The notes below the pieces were generated by a model. That model was not told where the DNA came from. It ran no database searches and saw only the letters and a program-made list of their open reading frames with translations. The translations under genes and the position numbers were made by a program. A DNA stretch of 64,000 nt from the human T2T-CHM13v2.0 reference genome, Homo sapiens, in assembly GCF_009914755.1 (NCBI RefSeq), contig NC_060943.1; one strand, given 5' to 3'. Shown here piece by piece: positions 13,261-28,155 of the stretch. Positions within the stretch are counted from its first letter, which is position 1; each line of letters starts with the position of its first letter.

Positions 13261-14366
13261 ATGTGCCAGGTGCAGAGATTAAGGAGTTATCTGCAAAGAG
13301 GGCTATTAATGAAGTATTATCGCAGTTTGACACAGTGATAAAATGTACAAGAAACGTATGTAAGGAATGTGGAAATCTATACTGCCACAATATGCAGCTT
13401 ACTCTCCATAAGAGAAATCATACACAAAAGAAATGCAATCAGTGTTTAGATTGTGGGAAATACTTCACTCGTCAATCACCTCTCATTCAGCATCAAAGAA
13501 TCCACACGGGAGAGAGACCCTATAAATGTAACGAATGTATTAAAACCTTCAACCAGAGGGCACACCTTACCTAGCATGAGAGAATTCACACTGGTGAGAA
13601 ACCTTACAAATGTAAGGAATGCAGGAAAACCTTCAGCCAGATGACTCATCTCACACAGCATCAGACTACACATATGAGAGAAAAGTTCCATGAATGCAGT
13701 GAATGTGGAAAGGCCTTCAGCCGTGTCTCAGCTCTTATAGATCACCAGCGAATTCATAGTGGAGAAAAGCCGTATGAATGTAAGGAGTGTGGAAGAGCCT
13801 TCACTCAAAGTGCCCAGCTCATTAGACATCAGAAAACTCATTCTGGAGAAAAACCCTATGAGTGTAGTAAGTGTAAGAAATCTTTTGTGCACCTGTCTTC
13901 CCTGATTGAACATTGGAGAATTCACACTGGAGAAAAACCATATCAATGTAAGGACTGCAAAAAGACCTTTTGTCGTGTGATGCAGTTCACTCTGCACAGG
14001 AGAATTCATACTGGTGAAAAACCCTATGAATGCAAGGAATGTGGAAAGTCCTTCAGCGCCCATTCTTCTCTTGTTACTCATAAGAGAACACACAGTGGAG
14101 AAAAACCGTATAAATGCAAGGAATGTGGAAAAGCCTTCAGTGCGCACTCTTCCCTTGTTACTCATAAGAGAACACACAGTGGAGAGAAACCCTATACATG
14201 CCATGCCTGTGGGAAGGCCTTTAATACTTCCTCCACACTTTGTCAACATAATAGAATTCATACTGGTGAAAAACCCTTTCAGTGCAGTCAATGCGGGAAG
14301 TCCTTTAGCTGCAGCTCTCACCTTACTCGACACTGTAGAATGTGTAATGGAAAATTTAGCAAATAA
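13261..14366 (+). pseudogene. ZNF542P: ZNF542P zinc-finger exon: 12 fingers, in-frame TAG at 13572-13574 in finger 3, last finger C2HC
   Basis: TTTCAG| acceptor; ORFs 13239-13574 and 13641-14366 are the same frame separated by one TAG; TGEKPY linkers. Confidence 0.92.
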
Positions 14367-14577
14367 CCAAAACTCAAAATGTTAATTCTGATTATTCTGT
14401 ATCATCACCAGTACTTTGTACTTTGAGTCTTTTTAAATATGCTCTGTTAGTTTGTATGGAATGATATTTCATTGCACTTTTAATTTAACTTAAAAATGCC
14501 TTCCCTTGACTGTTGATATGTATTTTTTGTGAAGTGTGTGTTGAAGCCTTGCAGATTATTTTTTAAATTAGAGGTTT

Positions 14578-14736
14578 ATCACTAGGTATATCTCCTAATG
14601 CTATCCCTCCCCCCTCCCCCTAATGTAAATGATGAGTTAATGGTGCAGCACACCAACATGGCACATGTATACATATGTAACAAACCTGCACGTTGTGCAC
14701 ATGGTACCCTAAAACTTAAAGTATAATTAAAAAAAA
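14578..14736 (+). mobile_element. Tiny 5'-inverted L1PA insertion
   Basis: TSD AAATTAGAGGTTT (14565-14577, 14737-14749); antisense L1 3'UTR piece followed by sense L1PA 3' end and poly(A). Confidence 0.9.
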
Positions 14737-14882
14737 AAATTAGAGGTTTTTCTTCGGGTGCATTTATGAGAGTTCACCAGATTTTGGAAATATTTTCTAT
14801 TCTGTAACCTACCTTTTCATTTACATAACAGTGATAAAAGCTTTAAGTTTGATCACAACCAATTAATCACATTTTTTAATAG

Positions 14883-15180
<298 letters not shown>

Positions 15181-15591
15181 TAGTTCTGCTTTTTATGTTC
15201 TAAGAAGTATTATTTATTCTATGCTGAGCTTACATAGAATTTCTTCCATGTTTTCTATAGCTATAGTGTATTTTTACCTTTTACTGTTAGATCTATTTCA
15301 TGTTTTTATTATGGATAATGGAGGAGGTAAAGGTTGAATTATATTTTCCCCCATATTATTGACCCATAGTGACACCAGTTTTGGGAGATGTCTTTCATTT
15401 TCGCCCTTACGTTGTTATTGGCACCTTTTGCAAAAATCAATTATTTATCATGAGTATACTTCTGAAATGATCTGTTTCATCAATCTATTTGTCTTCTCAG
15501 TAGTTCCACATTGTCTTAATTATAGCTTTAGAGGAAGTCTTGAAATTTGGTAGTAAGTCTTCCAGTTTTGTTATTTTAACAAATTTCTCTA

Positions 15592-15902
15592 GGCTGGGCA
15601 TGGTGGCTCATGCCTATAATCCCAGCACTTTAGGAGCCCCAGACAGGAGGATCACTTAAGCGCAGAAGATCAAGACCAGCCTGGGAAATATAGCAAGACC
15701 TTATCTCTACAAAAAAATTTAGAAATTAGCTGGGCATGGTGGCACCCATCTGTAGTCCTAACTGCTCAGGAGGCTGAGGTGGGAGGATTGCTTGAGTCCA
15801 GGAGTTCAAGGCTGCAGTGAGTTGTGATCACACCATTGCAGTCCAGCCAGGTTGACAGAATGAGACCCTGTCTCTTAAAAAAAAAAAAAAAAAAAAAAAA
15901 AA
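15592..15902 (+). mobile_element. AluJ-like
   Basis: Alu with long poly(A). Confidence 0.9.
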
Positions 15903-16315
15903 TCCTGGTGATGCTTTTCTGGATTAAAAAATAAAATAAAATAAAAATTGGCCTCACTACTCTAGCTTATTTGCATTTTCTAATAAATGTTCAGAGTCAC
16001 CTTGTCAGTTCCTACCAAAAAGCCTGTCGGTATTATAATTGAGATTGCATGAAGTCTGTAGACAAACTTGAAGAGAATTGACACTTAACAGCAGTGACTT
16101 CCAGTCTGTAACCTTAGCATAAGTTCTATTTGTCTCCTTTAATTTTTCTCAGAAATACCTGTAGTTTTCTGTATAGAGATCTTGAATGTATTTTCTTAAG
16201 TTTATTAATAGACATTTTCACAATATGTAAATTCGTTTGTCTTTTACTTTTCCAGTTGTTTGCTACTTGTACATCAAAATAGCATTTTGTACATTTATCT
16301 TGCATCTTGTCTTGA

Positions 16316-16664
<349 letters not shown>

Positions 16665-17039
16665 TTAAGATTTTTTTCATAAGCAATCATGTCACGTGCA
16701 AATAGACAGTGTATTCATTTCTGGTCTGTGCTGTTCTTTTTTTTCTCATCTTATTGCAATTGCTGTGTGACCTCCAGGACAGTGTTGAATGAAAGTGATA
16801 AATGTAGGCACCCTTGTTTTGCTTTCAGTCTTAGGAGGAAAGACTTAGTGGGGAGGAAGTGGCAACTCTGAGTCAGGATGTAGACTTCTTAGCATATGCA
16901 TTTGCACATCTTGCTCAAATCCCCAGATTTCCCTATACCCTCTATGCTCCCTTTAAAACAATGCTTTCTTTCCACAGTATCTTTCCCCCAAGTCAATAAT
17001 GGGTCAAATTTCAGCAGTCCCAAACTGGGGAAGTTCTGG

Positions 17040-17640
17040 GACTGCTGTGGTAAGAAATGGATTCAGACACCAAAGGAGCTGTAGGACCTGGCTAACATGT
17101 ACAAGCAAGAACCAGAAGAGTATACCTGGGAGGAGATCCTGAGATTACTGCATCATTAGGTAGAATACAAAGTTGAATAGGGGAGAGTTTTTTGCTATGG
17201 GGTCACTGTATGACAGGATTAACACACTGGCAAGGGAAAAAGATGCTTCTAATGGATGCTGGGACAGTTTTTGAAGCTTGGAAAAAGCATTGGTTCTCAT
17301 TAAATAAAATGAAGATAGCAGAATTGCCATGACAAATGAGGATGGGATCAAAAGAAGTGGATATACAAGGGAGAACAAGCGTCATGGAGATGGCCAATAG
17401 TAGCTGTCCCCTAGGCGAGGGCTGGCTGCAAGAGGTGCTGTTAAGGAACTGGGCTCTCTAGTTGCAATGGGAATGATAGGATCTCAGAATAATGGCAGCC
17501 AGGTGATAGCTCTTAGCATCAAACGCAAGGAGGGCCATAATTACCATATGGGTAGAAGGCTTAGAATAGAATCTGGGGAGATTGATCTTCAGAAATCTAT
17601 GGTTCTGGCTCATAGCACATGAGTTTGCCAATGGCAAGTC
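17040..17640 (+). mobile_element. ERVL-class internal remnant (gag-like)
   Basis: Degenerate translation TPKEL*DLANMYKQEPEEYTWEEILRLL ... FEAWKKHW..LNKMKIAELP resembles ERVL gag. Confidence 0.65.
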
Positions 17641-17665
17641 ATCTGCTTCCAATAAGAGTAAACTT

Positions 17666-18262
17666 CTTGAGACAAGGGGTTGCTCCGTTGCCCAGGCTGG
17701 AGTACATGGCATGATCACAGCTCAACTGCAACCTTGAACTCCTGGGCTCAAATAATCCTCTCACCTCAGCCTCCCAAGTAGTTGGGACTACAGGCACATG
17801 CCACCACACCTGGCTAACTTTTTTGTTTCTTTGTAGAGATAGGGTCTCCCTTTGTTGCCCAAGCTGGTCTAGAATTCATGATATCAAGTGATCCTCCTGC
17901 CTCAGCCTCTGAGTGTTGGAATTACAGGCAGGAGTCATAGTGCCTGGCCCAAACTTAACTAAAAAACAGAGAAGGCAAGGTGCATTGGCTCACACCTGTA
18001 ATCCCAGGACTTTGTGAGGCCAAAGTGGGAGAATTGCTTGAGTCCAGGAGTTTGAGACCATCCTGGGCAACATAAGAAAACCCTGTATCTACAAAATAAT
18101 TTTTTAAAAATTAGCCTAGCGTGGTGGCACATGCCTGTGGTCCCAGCTGTTCAGGAAGCTGAGGTAGGAGGACTGCTTGAATGGGAGGTTGAGGCTTCAG
18201 TGAGCCATGGCTGTGCCACTGCACTCCAGTTTGAGATGCCATCTCAAAAAACAAAACAAAAA
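17666..18262. mobile_element. Head-to-head AluJ pair (17666-17950 minus, 17974-18262 plus)
   Basis: Two Alus in opposite orientation about 24 bp apart. Confidence 0.85.
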
Positions 18263-18720
18263 AACCAGACAGTAAATATAGGTGTTGTGGCCATATAGTC
18301 TCTGTGGCAACTACTCAGCTCTGCTGTAGTGAAACCAAAGCAGTCGTAGACCATAAATGCAATGTGTCACTCAGACTTTATAAAGCAGGTAGCGGGCTGG
18401 ATTTGGTTTTTATACCCTGCACTAGGCAAAATGGGATATTATGTAAAGATAAAGGTATAATTCATAAATAGAGGGTTAGTAGTATGTCCCTGTAAGTCAA
18501 ACAATATAAATTAAAAAGCGTAAATGTCTGGAAACTCAAGGTGTTGGCAACATTTTTTTAGGAAATTCTGATCCAGCATACCAAATTATATGAAAACATG
18601 GAGATTTTTACTATTGCAATCTAGTGGCTTAATGGACTTATTTAGAAACTTGTATCCAAAAATGCAGAATACATATTTTTTCAATGTTCATGGTATACAG
18701 AAATCAATCTTGTATTTAAC

Positions 18721-18742
18721 CACACACACACACACACACACA
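18721..18742. repeat. (CA)11 microsatellite
   Basis: Direct reading. Confidence 0.95.
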
Positions 18743-18748
18743 GTCAAA

Positions 18749-19032
18749 CTGGGTGGCACAGCGGCTCATGCCTGTAATCCCAGCACTTATAGGAAGTGCT
18801 GGGAGGCCGAGGCGGGTGGATCACAAAGGTCAGGAAATCCAGACCATCCTGGCCAACATGGTGAAACCTCATCTCTACTAAAAACACAAAAATTAGCTGG
18901 GCATGGTAGCGTGCACCTGTAGTCCCAGCTACTGGGGAGACTGGGGCAGGAGAATCGCTTGAACCCGGGAGGCAGAGGTTGTGCCACTGCACTGCAGCCT
19001 GGTGACAGAGCGAGACTCCATCTCCAAAAAAA
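18749..19032 (+). mobile_element. AluS-like with an internal hairpin insertion
   Basis: Alu body with extra ATAGGAAGTGC in the core motif. Confidence 0.85.
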
Positions 19033-19697
19033 GAGTAAAATTCAAAAAGTAGATAACTTCAGGCCACATTTACCAACCATAATAAAATTAAATTAGATAT
19101 TATATCACTTAGGATGCTTTTGGCTGCGAATTTACAAAATATCCAACTAAAACTAACTGAGCAATCAAGTTTTATTTTTCTCAGATAACAAGGCATCAAA
19201 AAGGCAGTTCCAGAATTGGCCTAGTAGCTGAGTCTTCTCAGGCTCTGGGTCAGCTTCTCTGAGGTCCACTTTTTTCTCTTCTTGGTTCCAAGACAGCTGC
19301 AGCAGCTTCAGGCATCATGTTCTTATATAAAAATGTTTAAAAGCAGGAAGTGAGAGAGGAGGAAGTCTTCATGATAAACCTGTCTCTTCTGAATGAGGAA
19401 AATCTTTCCCAGAAGCCCCGGCAGATTCCACTGAGCAACACTGGGAGATACTGGCCATACTGTGCTGCACAGGAGACTGGAAAATTAGCATCTGATATTC
19501 TCAGAGTCCAAGGCAAGACACAGATGCTGCCAATAACAAGGGGAATTGGGTATGGCTGCTGGGATGACAACCAATGGTTGTCTGTGCCAGTCACATAAAA
19601 CAATGTAACAATGTGGAAATTAAGAAATATTCTCCTAAATTTAGATTATTTCTGGATCAGAAAGAAACAAAAACTGAGATTATTGTAAGATGGTCTC

Positions 19698-19703
19698 TTT
19701 ATT
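19698..19703 (-). terminator. Candidate ZNF582 polyadenylation signal (AATAAA on the minus strand)
   Basis: TTTATT on + strand about 565 nt downstream of the ZNF582 stop; usage not demonstrable from sequence. Confidence 0.45.
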
Positions 19704-20265
19704 TCATCATTTTCTGTTACTTTCTTCTTTCACTGCCTGGATGTTTGGTAGACTTGAATAGCATGTTTAGTGCATATGAGTTTATCTTTCAGATTTTCAT
19801 GTATATGCATGCATTCAAAGGCTATAAAAATTCCTCCAGTGTAGCTTTGGCTTTCCCCTTACCCTCACATCTCTTTGGCCACATTTCACATCTCTTGGCA
19901 TGTTAAACTCTCAATTCATTCTTTTCATTACCATTTATGGTAATTGCATGATTTCTTTGTTAAGCAAATGATAATCTGGCTGTTTTTTTAACTTGTAAGA
20001 AAACTATAACTTTTGCTCTTGATAAAATTACTACACTGTGGTTAGAAAATGTGGTTCTGGAATGTGTTAGAAATAAAATTTCTCCCAACCTTTCCCAGCA
20101 TTTTTGACAATTATGATCTGAACAATTTACATCCATAAAATTTTCTTTGATATGAATTTTCAGACTTAGGATAAAGGCTTACCTCTGAATGAAGGCATTG
20201 TCACTGGCATTACATTCTTCAAGTCTTTCTCCAAGAGGGAGAAGTAAGTCACAGTCACAATTAGC

Positions 20266-21587
20266 CTAGGCTAATGGGCTTTCCCCATTACTTCCATTCA
20301 TATGGTTGCTTGCCAACATAAATTCTCTGATGATTAGTAAGGGGTAACTGCTGATGGAAGGCTTTTCTACATTTATTATATTCACATGTGTTTCTCTATT
20401 ATGCATTCTCTGAGGTTGAACGGTAGTTGAATCATGACTCAAGGTCTTCTCACATTCCTTATATTCATAGGGCTTTTTCTCAGTGTGAATAACCTGATGA
20501 TGAATCAATTGTGAGCAATGACTAAAAGCTTTCCCACATTCCTTACATTCATATGGCTTTTCACCTGTATGAATTCTGTAATGTACAGTAAGATGTGAGA
20601 CCCGTTTGAAGGCCCTACCACATACCTTACATTGGTAGGGTTTCTCTCCAGTGTGAATTCTCTGATGTTGCTTGAGTTGTGAGCTCACTCTAAAGGCCTT
20701 TCCACATACTTTGCACTCATAGGGTTTCTCACCGGTATGAATTCTCTGATGTCGTATAAGAGTTGAGCCTTGATTAAAAGCCTTCCCACATTCCTTACAT
20801 TCATAGAGTTTCCTGCCAGTATGAACAGTCTGATGTTGAATCAACTGAGAACGATGACTAAAGGTTTTCCCACATTCCTTGCATGCATAGGGTTTTTCAC
20901 CAGTATGAATTCTATAATGTACTTTAAGATGTGAGATCCGATTGAAGGCCTTGCCACATTCCTTACACTGATAGGGTTTCTCGCCTGTGTGAGTTCGCTG
21001 ATGTTCAATCAACTGTGAGCTTCGACTAAAGGCCTTCTCACAATCTTTACATTCATACGGTTTCTCACCAGTATGAACTCTCTGATGTTGTATAAAATTT
21101 GAACCAGAATTGAAGGCCTTTCCACATTCCTTACATTCATATGGTTTCTTACCAGAATGAATATTCTCATGTTGAATTAGTCGTGAGCCATATTTAAAGG
21201 CCTTCCCACATTCCTTACATTTATAGGGTTTCTCATTAGTATAAATTCCTTGATGATTAATAAGGAGTTCCTTTTGCCAGAAGTCTTTTCTACATTTATT
21301 ATACCCAAAAGGTTTTTCTCTAGTATGAATTTTCTGATAAAAAGTAAGGGATGCATGCTGGTCAAAAGTGGGCATTTCTTCATGTCTGATGATCATCTGA
21401 TGGAAATGTCTGTCTGGATTTCCCTGTTGTCTGTCAAACTGGTTTCTGCATTCCCAATCATCTTGGAAACTTGAACACTCAAGACCATAACTTGTAAGGC
21501 TTTCCATTATCTCCCATTGGGGTGATTCGACTTCATAAACATGCTGCTTTGGAAATAATTCCTTGGTATCATATCTGGACTCCAATA
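20266..21587 (-). CDS. ZNF582: ZNF582 last coding exon: spacer, 9 intact C2H2 fingers, degenerate flanking fingers
   Basis: TTCTTAG|TA acceptor; ORF 20266-21675; spliced CDS 9+127+96+1322 = 1554 nt = 517 aa, matching ZNF582 as I recall it. Confidence 0.95.
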
Positions 21588-21779
21588 CTAAGAATGAAAA
21601 AAAGCGAATATGTTTGGCTTCTTTTTTTTTTTCAGATAAAGGAACTAAAATAAGAACTGGAGGGTTTAGACTCAATGCCTATTAACTCTTGAATGTAGCT
21701 AAGCAATTATAAAATGGACAAGTAGAACAGTGAAAGGAAAATAACATACATGAGATGAGGGAGGCAATAAGAGAGGTTA

Positions 21780-22104
<325 letters not shown>

Positions 22105-22559
22105 TCAGAATCACTATTGAACAATATTTTTTAAGACAGTAAATGTTTCTGTGAGACTCTAGAAAAGACAAATATAGAGTGACAGAAACCAAAGCAAATC
22201 ATTGGTTTGACGGACTGTGCAGGAGGGAGCACAAGGGAACTTTTTGGGTTGATGGAAATGTTCGCTATCTTGATTGAGGTGATGGTTATGTGGGTGTATA
22301 AATTTGTCAACACTCATTAATAGCACATTTTAAAAATGCATTTTATTGACCATAAATTATGCCCCCAAAAGAGTGAATTTTAAAAAGATGATGGGGATTT
22401 CAAGATGAAAAGAGTTCCGGAGATGGACGGTGATGATGGTTGTACAACAGTGTGAATGTACTTAACACTACTGAACTGTACACTTGAAAATGGTGAGCAC
22501 GGTAAATCTTGTATTTTACCACAGTTTTAAAAAATAAAAATAAAAGTGGTGTTGGAAGT

Positions 22560-24545
<1,986 letters not shown>

Positions 24546-25037
24546 GGGGGGGGGATTATGTCCAAAGAACCCAGGAGCCAGTTTGAAAGGGTGTCACTGG
24601 GCAAGTCTGGAAAACTATGAACGTTGTGATAAATAATGATAATGGGTAATAATCTGTTACAGGATAAAACAAGATTTATTTTATTCTGACCTGGAAATGA
24701 GAAAAAATATGCCACCTACTATTAATCCATATGATATAAATGAAGAAACAAATGGTGAAAGGGAGAAAGCTCTTCTTTACAGGAGTATGTGATCTAATAA
24801 ATAAGAATAAAGTTTTTTTAAAAATCACTATTTTGTAACTATTAATCATATCTGATCCAAGAGAAAACTATCAATGACTTCTGAAACTAGCAGGTGAATA
24901 ATTTGTGAGAAGCACAATATTTATATCCTCTCCAGGTGGACCATAAAATCATGGCTTGCCTCTATTTCTACAGTGCTTTCCCTCTGCCCACAGTGCAGAA
25001 CCCAAACTTCATAACGTGGTTGCCTTTCCTAGCGTAT

Positions 25038-25320
25038 CTTTTTTTTTCTTTTTGAGACAGAGTCTCTCTCTGTTGCCCCAGCTGGAGCGCAGTGGTTCGA
25101 TCTCGGATCACTGCAATCTCCGCCTCCCGTGTTCAAGCGATTCTCCTGCTTCAGCCTCCCAAGTAGCTGGGATTATAGGCACGTGCCACCACACCCGGCT
25201 AATTTTTGTGATTTTAGTCGGGACGAGGTTTCACCATGTTGGCCAGACTGGTCAAGTGATTTGGCCGCCTCAGCCTCCCAAAGTGCTGGGATTATAAGCA
25301 TGAGCCACCATGCCCGGCCC
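25038..25320 (-). mobile_element. AluS-like
   Basis: Reverse Alu. Confidence 0.9.
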
Positions 25321-25755
25321 CTAGTGTATCTCTGTGTTCCTCCCTTTGCTCACTGACCTCAGCCACAAGGGCCATCCATTATCTCAGAGGTACCAAGGGC
25401 TCCCTGCTCAGGTCCTTCACACTCATTGGCTACAACTGGTATTCCCCAGCTACATCACACCTTCCATGTCTCAGCTGAAATGCCTTATCCTTGAAGAGGC
25501 CATTGGCCCTACCATGCACTCTGACTGAACCTGTTCTTTTTCTTTCACATATTAGCTCATGTCCAGTGTGTATGATTTCATGTCTATTTTCCCACTGCAG
25601 TGTAAGTTCCATGAAAGCAAGGATAATGTCCACCTGCCTCATCAATGTATACTGTGGCATATTCCATGGTGCATAATAAAAGCTTAATAAGTACTTGTTA
25701 ACTGACTCCAGAATTCAAACAAACCGATACAAATTCCTTTAGAAAAATGGTCAAA

Positions 25756-26111
25756 GGACAAGATCATGTCCTTTGCAGGGACATGGATGGAGCTGGAAGC
25801 CATTATCCTAAGCAAACTAACACAGGAACGGAAAACCAAATACTGCATGTTCTCACTTATAAGTGGGAGCTAAATGAGGACACATGGACACACAGAGCGG
25901 GACAACACACATGGGCCTTTCAGAGAATGGAAGGTTGGGCGGAGGGAGAGAATCAGGAACAGTAACTAATGAGTACTAGGCTTAATACCTGGGTGATGAA
26001 ATAATCTGTAAACAAACCCCCATGACACAAGTTTACCTATTTAACAAACCTGCACTTATACTCCTGAAGTTAAAAAAAATTTTAAATATTAAAATTAAAA
26101 TTAATAAAAAA
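25756..26111 (+). mobile_element. L1PA/L1PB 3' end insertion
   Basis: L1 3'UTR (CATGTCCTTTGCAGGGACATGGATGGAGCTGG...); 15-bp TSD AGAAAAATGGTCAAA at 25741-25755 and 26112-26126. Confidence 0.9.
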
Positions 26112-26398
26112 AGAAAAATGGTCAAAAGATACAGACATCTTTCCAAAGACAAAATACTTTCCTTAGGAACCACCATATTTGTACTCAGTCTAGCCCTATA
26201 ATCCAGGTTGAATTTTTAAAGTGTTTCAGGAGGAAGGAGCAGCCACCTTTGTCAAATGCTGCTGACGAGCTGAGGAAAACAACACGTAAGACATAAGCTT
26301 TGAAGGTAGCAACCTGCAGGGAAGATTTTCTAAGACAAAGGGCCACTTCCAGCGGACCTGATACCTGCAGTGGCTGCTCCCTTCCCAATGATACCTCA

Positions 26399-26551
<153 letters not shown>

Positions 26552-26694
26552 TCAGATCCAGGACCTGGTCATCAAGCAGGAGAGGCAGTTGCAGGAAGTG
26601 CCAGAGGAAGATGGGACAGTTGCCTGGGGGTAGGGGGATGCAGCTTCAGCCGAAAGCGCCGCCCTTTAACCCCTCAAAAATGACCAACCAATCA

Positions 26695-26946
<252 letters not shown>

Positions 26947-28146
26947 TCACAGTGGGATGAAAGGAGATGGGGCAGGTCTTTGCGGGAGGGGGGGTTGTTT
27001 TGTTGAACAAGAAGGGTGGGACTGAATGTGAAAGGTGACAGAAGAAATGGGGATGAGTAAAACAGAATGATCAAATTGTTCTCAAACATTCCTTTTAACT
27101 GCAAATCAATGCTCTGTGTACAGGTCTGGGATGAAAATTAAAATCAAGCTAAATGGAGTTTTCCTTATTGTTAAGAAACAGTGTAATAAAGCACACTGCC
27201 CACTCTATACTTGGCATACAATAAATTCTCAAGGTGAGACCTATCACTTCTATCTTTTGGAATAACAATAACAACAAAAAATATTTCTGATGGATTTTCC
27301 CCAAATATTTTATTTTTTAAAATTATGGAAACATGTTTTCTATCTTAGATACAGGATTTTCATGTAAGTCAAGAATTTCTTGGAGATGAAAGTTCATCAT
27401 TATGTTGGAACATAACACAAGCATTTTTCTTCATGGGAAAAACCATGGAGATAACTTTTATTGAGTGCACAATTTTCTATCAAGTGAAACGACTGACTCA
27501 AACATCCTCTTATTTTGGATCCCGAGGTTGGATCAGATCTCTAAGGCTTTTCCAAGCCCTGACCACTCACCCACCTAGATGATCATCTCACTTGCTACAT
27601 CGCTCACCATCCTCAGCTCTGTACTTTTCTTCCTCTTAAGCTAAAGAAACTAATGGAGGATGTCCCAGATTCAAATGCTCTGTCCAACGTCAAACTAGAC
27701 TTTAATTCTGGCATCAAATTTTTGATGGATTCCCAGCCAAACCTCAATTACATATCCAATCATTAATCATTCCCAAAGCAGGACACTGTACCATGCGCTG
27801 AAACTGAAACCAACCAACACCACCTCCCCTGCTTTTCTATATGTGATTGCTCCTAAGCATTCATTCCATCTCTTCAAACTTCAGTTCTTACAAAGGATGC
27901 TCTCATTTCATACAGGGAAATGAGTTTCTCCTCCTAGCAGACGAAAACCATCAGGAGATGCAGAATGCTATAGAGAATAAATCTGTGGGCATTTGTCAGA
28001 GGGGAGAGGACAATGGGAGAGGAGACTCCTGCCTGGTCCTTTTATTCCCTAAAATGGGAAAGTCTGAGAACCAAATTTCTGGATGGAACCCAGGTGGAAA
28101 GTTTCAAGATAAGGAAAGCAAATATTTATGGGATTTAAAAACTCAC

Positions 28147-28155
28147 AAGGGACAT
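28147..28155 (-). CDS. ZNF582: ZNF582 first coding segment (MSL) in exon 28147-28235
   Basis: GTCATGTCCCTT|GTGAGT; acceptor CCCCCAG|CTCT at 28235. Confidence 0.88.

Noticed and set aside
13572-13580. Programmed read-through of the ZNF542P TAG
   Set aside because: Context TAG CAT GAG does not match known leaky motifs (UGA CUAG, UAG CARYYA), and a second stop lies upstream
13476-14385. Antisense and shifted-frame ORFs over the zinc-finger exons (e.g. 13728-14333 minus; also 59757-60038 and 60187-60729)
   Set aside because: Expected by-products of C2H2 codon periodicity; no independent gene structure
20266-21675. ORF-track starts at 21675 (ZNF582), 13239 and 59388
   Set aside because: The first two are intronic extensions upstream of the true acceptors (21587, 13261); 59388 is an internal GTG of the exon starting at 59317
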